DNA from: an uncultured virus (IMG/VR IMGVR_UViG_3300042356_001581)
Lineage: Duplodnaviria > Heunggongvirae > Uroviricota > Caudoviricetes
Virus record (IMG/VR): IMGVR_UViG_3300042356_001581
Length of the DNA: 64,000 bases
Direction: 5' to 3' (one strand)
Below are positions 59,626 to 64,000 of the stretch, piece by piece. Each line of letters starts with the position of its first letter. The first letter of the stretch is position 1. A program made the position numbers and the translations under genes. The notes under the pieces were generated by a model. It was not told where the DNA came from. It worked only from the letters and a program-made list of their open reading frames with translations, and searched no databases.

Positions 59626-60363
59626 TTATTTTAAAATCGTTCTTAATTTAGCTTTTGTTTCTTCTGGGAAGTCGCTATTAAGCACCCAATTCAAGTAGGC
59701 AGTATCTTTCGTTACAGGATTGTTAGCGTTCTTTCCGATTGACCAGCAAACCTCTCCGTTTGCGTTCAAATAAGTTTTACCGCTTATATCAAAACGCTTT
59801 CTCTCCCCTTGACACATTAAATCAATTTCTTGCGGTGTAAGGTCTTCTTTTCCGTGTTTCTGCAATTGACACATCAAAACCTCAAAAGTCGCTCTAATGT
59901 CATTCAGCGCATCGTGCGCACCCTCTAAAGCTTTTCCAGTGTATCTCTTGTAAACTTCTTCTAGCTTATTTGAGTTCAGCATACGTTCAAACTTCAAAAC
60001 ATCGACTAAATTTAATTCCCAAGTAGGAAATTCAATTCCGCATCTGCTAAACTCTTTCATTAAAAGAGGTACATCGTAGTAATCAGAATTAAAACCTGCA
60101 ATATCACAGTTTTCAAAGTAGGTAAATAGAGATTTTGAAATTTGCTTGAATGTAGGCGCATCGACTACCATTTCATCTGTAATACCGTGTATGTCTGATG
60201 CTTCTTTTGGAATCATCATTTCAGGGTTAATTAAGATTTTTTTTTCTGTGGTTTTGCCTTCTAAATCTATTTTAAGCGTTGCGATAGATACGGCTCTGTC
60301 CTTTGATAAATCAAGTCCCGTCGTCTCCAAATCAAAAAATACAATTGGTCTTGTAATGTTCAT
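59626..60363 (-). CDS. DEDDh 3'-5' exonuclease (DnaQ/ExoX-like)
   Basis: FFDLETTG, HGIT, GFNSDYYD, AHDALND. Confidence 0.9.
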   Translation of the reverse strand: MNITRPIVFFDLETTGLDLSKDRAVSIATLKIDLEGKTTEKKILINPEMMIPKEASDIHGITDEMVVDAPTFKQISKSLFTYFENCDIAGFNSDYYDVPLLMKEFSRCGIEFPTWELNLVDVLKFERMLNSNKLEEVYKRYTGKALEGAHDALNDIRATFEVLMCQLQKHGKEDLTPQEIDLMCQGERKRFDISGKTYLNANGEVCWSIGKNANNPVTKDTAYLNWVLNSDFPEETKAKLRTILK

Positions 60364-60367
60364 AGTG

Positions 60368-60634
60368 TTATTTTTTTTGTTTTATAATTCTTGGTGGATA
60401 ATAATTTTCTTTGAGCCATTTTGGAAGAGAATGAAAAATATCTGTAGGCATATCATCGTATTTATCAAGATATTTATCCATTATTTTATCCCAAGTCACC
60501 ACACCTTTCTTAATACTGTCGTTATGGAATCGTGTCTTACATTCTACGGAGCAATACTTTTTATTAGTTCTTTCAAAACTTCCGACTATATCAGCACATT
60601 TTGGATTCGCACATTTTCTAATTTTAATTGCCAT
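60368..60634 (-). CDS. Zn-finger hypothetical protein
   Basis: CANPKC...KYCSVECK. Confidence 0.55.
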   Translation of the reverse strand: MAIKIRKCANPKCADIVGSFERTNKKYCSVECKTRFHNDSIKKGVVTWDKIMDKYLDKYDDMPTDIFHSLPKWLKENYYPPRIIKQKK

Positions 60635-60723
60635 AAAATATGTATTTTAAAATTGCTGTTATAATCAAAAAAGTTACAAGCCAAGCGGTAAATTCTATTA
60701 AAGAGTTTTTTATTTTTTTCATT

Positions 60724-61062
60724 TTAATTATCTTTACATATTTCTAATTCGTCTTCATTAAACCATTCAAAACTATCAGATTCTCCAACTTGAACAGTAA
60801 TGGGGAAATCTAATTTATTATTTTCGATGTCAACCACGAACAATTTATATTGATTTAAGTGTTCATAAGCATTACCTTTTTTTACTTTGACTTCTTTGTG
60901 AATCCATTTTTCTTTAAAGTCACAGTCTTGGCAAATAATAATATCTTTCTTGTCTATATTTGTAAATTCATCTACAACAACAACTAGCCTTATTAAATTA
61001 ACTTCCGTTGAGTGATACATAAATTCTTCATTGCATCTTGGACAAACTGTTACAGTGTGCAT
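60724..61062 (-). CDS. Zn-binding hypothetical protein
   Basis: CPRC...CQDC. Confidence 0.5.
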   Translation of the reverse strand: MHTVTVCPRCNEEFMYHSTEVNLIRLVVVVDEFTNIDKKDIIICQDCDFKEKWIHKEVKVKKGNAYEHLNQYKLFVVDIENNKLDFPITVQVGESDSFEWFNEDELEICKDN

Positions 61063-61068
61063 AATTAA

Positions 61069-61446
61069 TTATTTATGAAATTCAACAAAATTCCCATCAG
61101 AAATCAAAATTCTCAAAGTAGAATCTTCATCAAATAACTGTAACGCTACTTTTTTACCATTTTCGTCATCAATGCAAATTATAATTTGATAAGCTTCTCC
61201 TGATTTAGTTTTGTCTTTTGTTACATCGCCAACTTGATGAAATCTTTTAACGTTTCCGTTTGTGTAATAAAAAACAATATCGCCTGTGTCTGTTTCATTA
61301 AAAACAACAGTAATCGAAATGGTTTCCCATTTACCTAAAATACCTGCTTTTTCTGCAATAACAGAATTGTACTTATTTACGAAAGTTTGTGAAAATGACA
61401 CAACTGAAAGCATCAAAAGTAATACTGATAAAAATAGTTTTTTCAT
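61069..61446 (-). CDS. Secreted hypothetical protein
   Basis: Signal peptide MKKLFL...VSFS-Q. Confidence 0.6.
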   Translation of the reverse strand: MKKLFLSVLLLMLSVVSFSQTFVNKYNSVIAEKAGILGKWETISITVVFNETDTGDIVFYYTNGNVKRFHQVGDVTKDKTKSGEAYQIIICIDDENGKKVALQLFDEDSTLRILISDGNFVEFHK

Positions 61447-61452
61447 TGTTTT

Positions 61453-61791
61453 CTATAGTGTTTTTTTATCCTTTTTATTTAATTCAGCAATAAGACTGTC
61501 AGCATCTATACCAAAATCAATATTGGCTTTAGTCAAACAAACCATTAAAAGAGCAAGTGTTAATTTAGATAACCTCATTTTTTGGTCAGTTATTAATTCA
61601 GAATATGGTTTTTCCTCGCTTTCTTCAAAACGTCTTACATTTATAACTGTAGTTTCGTCTTCGAGGTATCTAAAGATTATTTCTCTATCTTCGGTTTCAA
61701 GACGAAAGTTTTTTAAAACTTTTAATTCCCCATCAAGAGTGGTTACAATACCCAATTCGTTTTCGATTTTTTCTTCTTTTTCTTTCGACAT
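61453..61791 (-). CDS. Hypothetical protein
   Basis: 112-aa ORF. Confidence 0.5.
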   Translation of the reverse strand: MSKEKEEKIENELGIVTTLDGELKVLKNFRLETEDREIIFRYLEDETTVINVRRFEESEEKPYSELITDQKMRLSKLTLALLMVCLTKANIDFGIDADSLIAELNKKDKKTL

Positions 61792-61804
61792 AATTTTAAG
61801 CTTT

Positions 61805-61824
61805 AAAAGGGGCTTTTCAGCCCC
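61805..61824 (-). terminator. Intrinsic terminator after DUF932 gene
   Basis: GGGGCT-GAAA-AGCCCC followed by TTTT on minus strand. Confidence 0.65.
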
Positions 61825-61831
61825 GATTATT

Positions 61832-62749
61832 TTATACAGTAGTTACTAATGTTGGTAACGCATCAACAATGATGTTGTAGGCGTTTAAGTTCTTTCTATA
61901 ACCCGAACCAACCATTACATTTTCCAGCCCTTTATCTTCTTTTACATCTTGATGGTTAGTTTTCCAAGTTACTGCATTAAAAAGACCCCATAAAGTTTGA
62001 CCGTGAGAGTTTAGTTCTGATTCAAGTATTTTGCTGAATTTAGCGATGTCGTTTACTTTTTTAGTAGAAAAGTCTTTAGTTTCTTTATCAAAATCTTCTT
62101 CGGAAAATTTGAATAAATCAGCAATAACTTTTTTGGTAACTGCGGTATTGATTTTAGTATCAGCCATACGCTTGTAGTTATCCATAAGACTGCTTTCCGC
62201 TTTTAACACTCTTCTAATTTCTTCTCTAGCCAATTCAACTCTTTGTTGAGCAGAAGCACTGTGTCTAAATCGGTTTACTTCTTTCATAGCCATATAGAAT
62301 GTATTTTGACAAACTACAACAGTATTGGTAAATCCAAAACCGATTGAAGAAGAACCATCGTGACTGTTTAAACCAGTGATATATCTTTTAATTGTATCGT
62401 TAGCGATTTGAGTATCTAACAACTGTGCTTGGTAATAAACTTTCTTACCACCGTAAAGCTCTCCACCTCTAAATTTTTCACTAATATCCATTGATGCTTC
62501 GATGATGTTTTCAGCCAAAGTAGCGTTCTGCATCATTTCGTAAGTTTTACCAACAGTACCTAACCATTTGTTATTATCATTACGGTAAATACCAAATGAT
62601 TCAGTAGGATAGCCGTCAGGACAAGCTAAAGGTTTTTTTGTAACACCCCAAGTAGTTTTGGTGTCAGATAATAACTCAAAAGTTTTGTTGTAGATTTCTG
62701 TTTTGTCAACTACCACTTCTTGTGTTTGTGCGGTTTGAATTGCTTCCAT
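61832..62749 (-). CDS. DUF932 (LGT_TIGR03299-like) protein
   Basis: LGTVG..YE..QN, NSHDGSS, VVCQNT, FRH, TLWGLFNAVT. Confidence 0.85.
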   Translation of the reverse strand: MEAIQTAQTQEVVVDKTEIYNKTFELLSDTKTTWGVTKKPLACPDGYPTESFGIYRNDNNKWLGTVGKTYEMMQNATLAENIIEASMDISEKFRGGELYGGKKVYYQAQLLDTQIANDTIKRYITGLNSHDGSSSIGFGFTNTVVVCQNTFYMAMKEVNRFRHSASAQQRVELAREEIRRVLKAESSLMDNYKRMADTKINTAVTKKVIADLFKFSEEDFDKETKDFSTKKVNDIAKFSKILESELNSHGQTLWGLFNAVTWKTNHQDVKEDKGLENVMVGSGYRKNLNAYNIIVDALPTLVTTV

Positions 62750-62760
62750 AGTTTTAAGAA

Positions 62761-62796
62761 TTTGTTGTTATTAAGTTTCTTGAGTACAAATATAAA
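62761..62796 (-). promoter_or_regulatory. Promoter/leader repeat, copy 2 (TATATTTG at 62787-62794)
   Basis: TATATTTGTAcTCAAGAAACTT..AATAACAACAAA shared with 46972-47011. Confidence 0.65.
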
Positions 62797-62887
62797 AACT
62801 TATTTAGAATAAAAAAACTTATTTATAATATTTTTATATTTTTTTTTATTTTTATTAAAATGGACAATGTTCTTTTTTGGGAATCAA

Positions 62888-63079
62888 TTATAATTTACTT
62901 CTTAAAAAATTAAGTGAATAAAATTTACTCGCAACAACATAACCTATTGTACTTCCTTTTAATATTTGCTTGATTAACTTGCCAGACTGTAAATTGTAAC
63001 ACAATCCGCATTTTGTAAACACGTAATTTGTAGCGAAATTTAAACGGTAGTTTGCAATATAATTTACAGTAATAGTCAT
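62888..63079 (-). CDS. Small hypothetical protein
   Basis: 63-aa ORF. Confidence 0.5.
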   Translation of the reverse strand: MTITVNYIANYRLNFATNYVFTKCGLCYNLQSGKLIKQILKGSTIGYVVASKFYSLNFLRSKL

Positions 63080-63169
63080 AGTTAATTGTGTATTAAAGTT
63101 ACTGTTAGCGGATAGTTAGCGGATATGGCAGTAGAACCGAAGAACTACCGCCAAATCCAAGTAACAAGA

Positions 63170-63388
63170 TTACTTTTTAAAAGAAAACTTATCTCCTAAA
63201 ATCTCTAATCTTTGACCTAAAACTTGCAAATACTCATTCATCAATCTTGATTGTTTGTAAAGCAAATCTTTGTTTTGTCGGTCTAAATCAACAAAAGCCT
63301 GTGTACGCATAAAATCATTTAAGGAATTTGTTTTAGTTGCCAATTCTTGCGCTTCAATAAGAAGTCTGTCGTAAAATGAATCTCCCAT
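63170..63388 (-). CDS. crAss001_48-like small protein in a cassette-like unit
   Basis: Paralog of 44781..44984; flanked by 15-bp inverted repeats. Confidence 0.6.
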   Translation of the reverse strand: MGDSFYDRLLIEAQELATKTNSLNDFMRTQAFVDLDRQNKDLLYKQSRLMNEYLQVLGQRLEILGDKFSFKK

Positions 63389-63443
63389 AATATTTGTGTT
63401 TGGGTTTTATAACTCCGCCCAGAAGTTTAGTGGAAGCCACATC

Positions 63444-63574
63444 CGCTAACAGCTTGTATAGTTAATGCGGTCTATGGCTTAATTTATTGTTCAGTTTGCA
63501 CTTGGATTGTTCGGTCTTGAATGGAATTATTCGGCTTATTTTTCCGCACTAACCATATAAGCGAACCGTTATAT
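63444..63574 (-). mobile_element. attC-like integron cassette recombination site
   Basis: Minus strand ATATAAC...GCTTATATGGTTAGTGCGG [loop] CCGCATTAACTATACAAGC.GTTAGCG; ~130-bp imperfect palindrome right after a stop codon. Confidence 0.6.
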
Positions 63575-63585
63575 ACAATAAAAAT

Positions 63586-63963
63586 TTACCATCGCTCTTT
63601 TTTGAATATAATTTGTTTATCTAATTTTATTTGATGTATGGTGTGAAATGTCCGTTCTTTTACATATTTTTTAAATGTGTTGAAAACTTCTTCCGATACC
63701 ATTTTACTTTTCACATAATAAATATATGGACTTTTACCACTCATATCATCTCTCCACATATTAAAACCATATCTTTCCCCATTAGGAAAATTATGTCTAT
63801 GTTCGTGAATTAAATTATATTTTTTTGATTTAGCTTTATATGGTTTAAATTTACTAATAGCATCTACCATTAATTTAATATTCTCAATATCATTTTCATC
63901 CACATCTGATTTAAGATATGTGAAATCACCATCATTTGTATCAACTTTTATATTTATTATCAT
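63586..63963 (-). CDS. Hypothetical protein (possible cassette ORF)
   Basis: 125-aa ORF followed by the attC-like site. Confidence 0.55.
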   Translation of the reverse strand: MIINIKVDTNDGDFTYLKSDVDENDIENIKLMVDAISKFKPYKAKSKKYNLIHEHRHNFPNGERYGFNMWRDDMSGKSPYIYYVKSKMVSEEVFNTFKKYVKERTFHTIHQIKLDKQIIFKKERW

Positions 63964-64000
63964 AATATTATTTTAAAATTATCCAACGCACATTTTTACT

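Overview
An AT-rich, gene-dense 64-kb segment of a large virus genome, probably infecting Bacteroidota/Flavobacteria. Host evidence: TAnnTTTG promoters, A-rich leaders without a Shine-Dalgarno, and signal peptides followed by Gln. Nearly all genes are on the minus strand. In transcription order (right to left): (i) an attC-like cassette region and early/replication genes (DUF932, DEDDh exonuclease, HTHs, replication initiator, SSB-like); (ii) a glycosylation cluster (GT2 x3, GT4, RgpF-like, DegT aminotransferase, NeuD-like acetyltransferase, methyltransferase) with small anti-defence-like genes; (iii) a ~31-kb block of polyvalent proteins (zeta kinase, five ART-like domains, GNATs, zincin, ParB, DUF2958), interrupted by an HNH gene and a MoxR-AAA/vWA-like/GQ-rich trio; (iv) ~20 small, mostly membrane-anchored proteins with two muralytic enzymes; (v) an A32/P9-type (FtsK-HerA) packaging ATPase and a holin-endolysin-spanin cassette. 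No terminase, portal, tail or capsid gene is recognisable, so this may be an unusually large membrane-containing (Varidnaviria-like) bacterial virus. The most striking signal is that the polyvalent proteins are strings of small unrelated modules separated by about 60 copies of [FYML]-x-x-G-G, and three adjacent paralogous genes end in PDYL(K/R)MFLGK. I infer a Gly-Gly-processed, modular effector/cargo polyprotein system. All family assignments are from motif recognition by eye; no searches were run.
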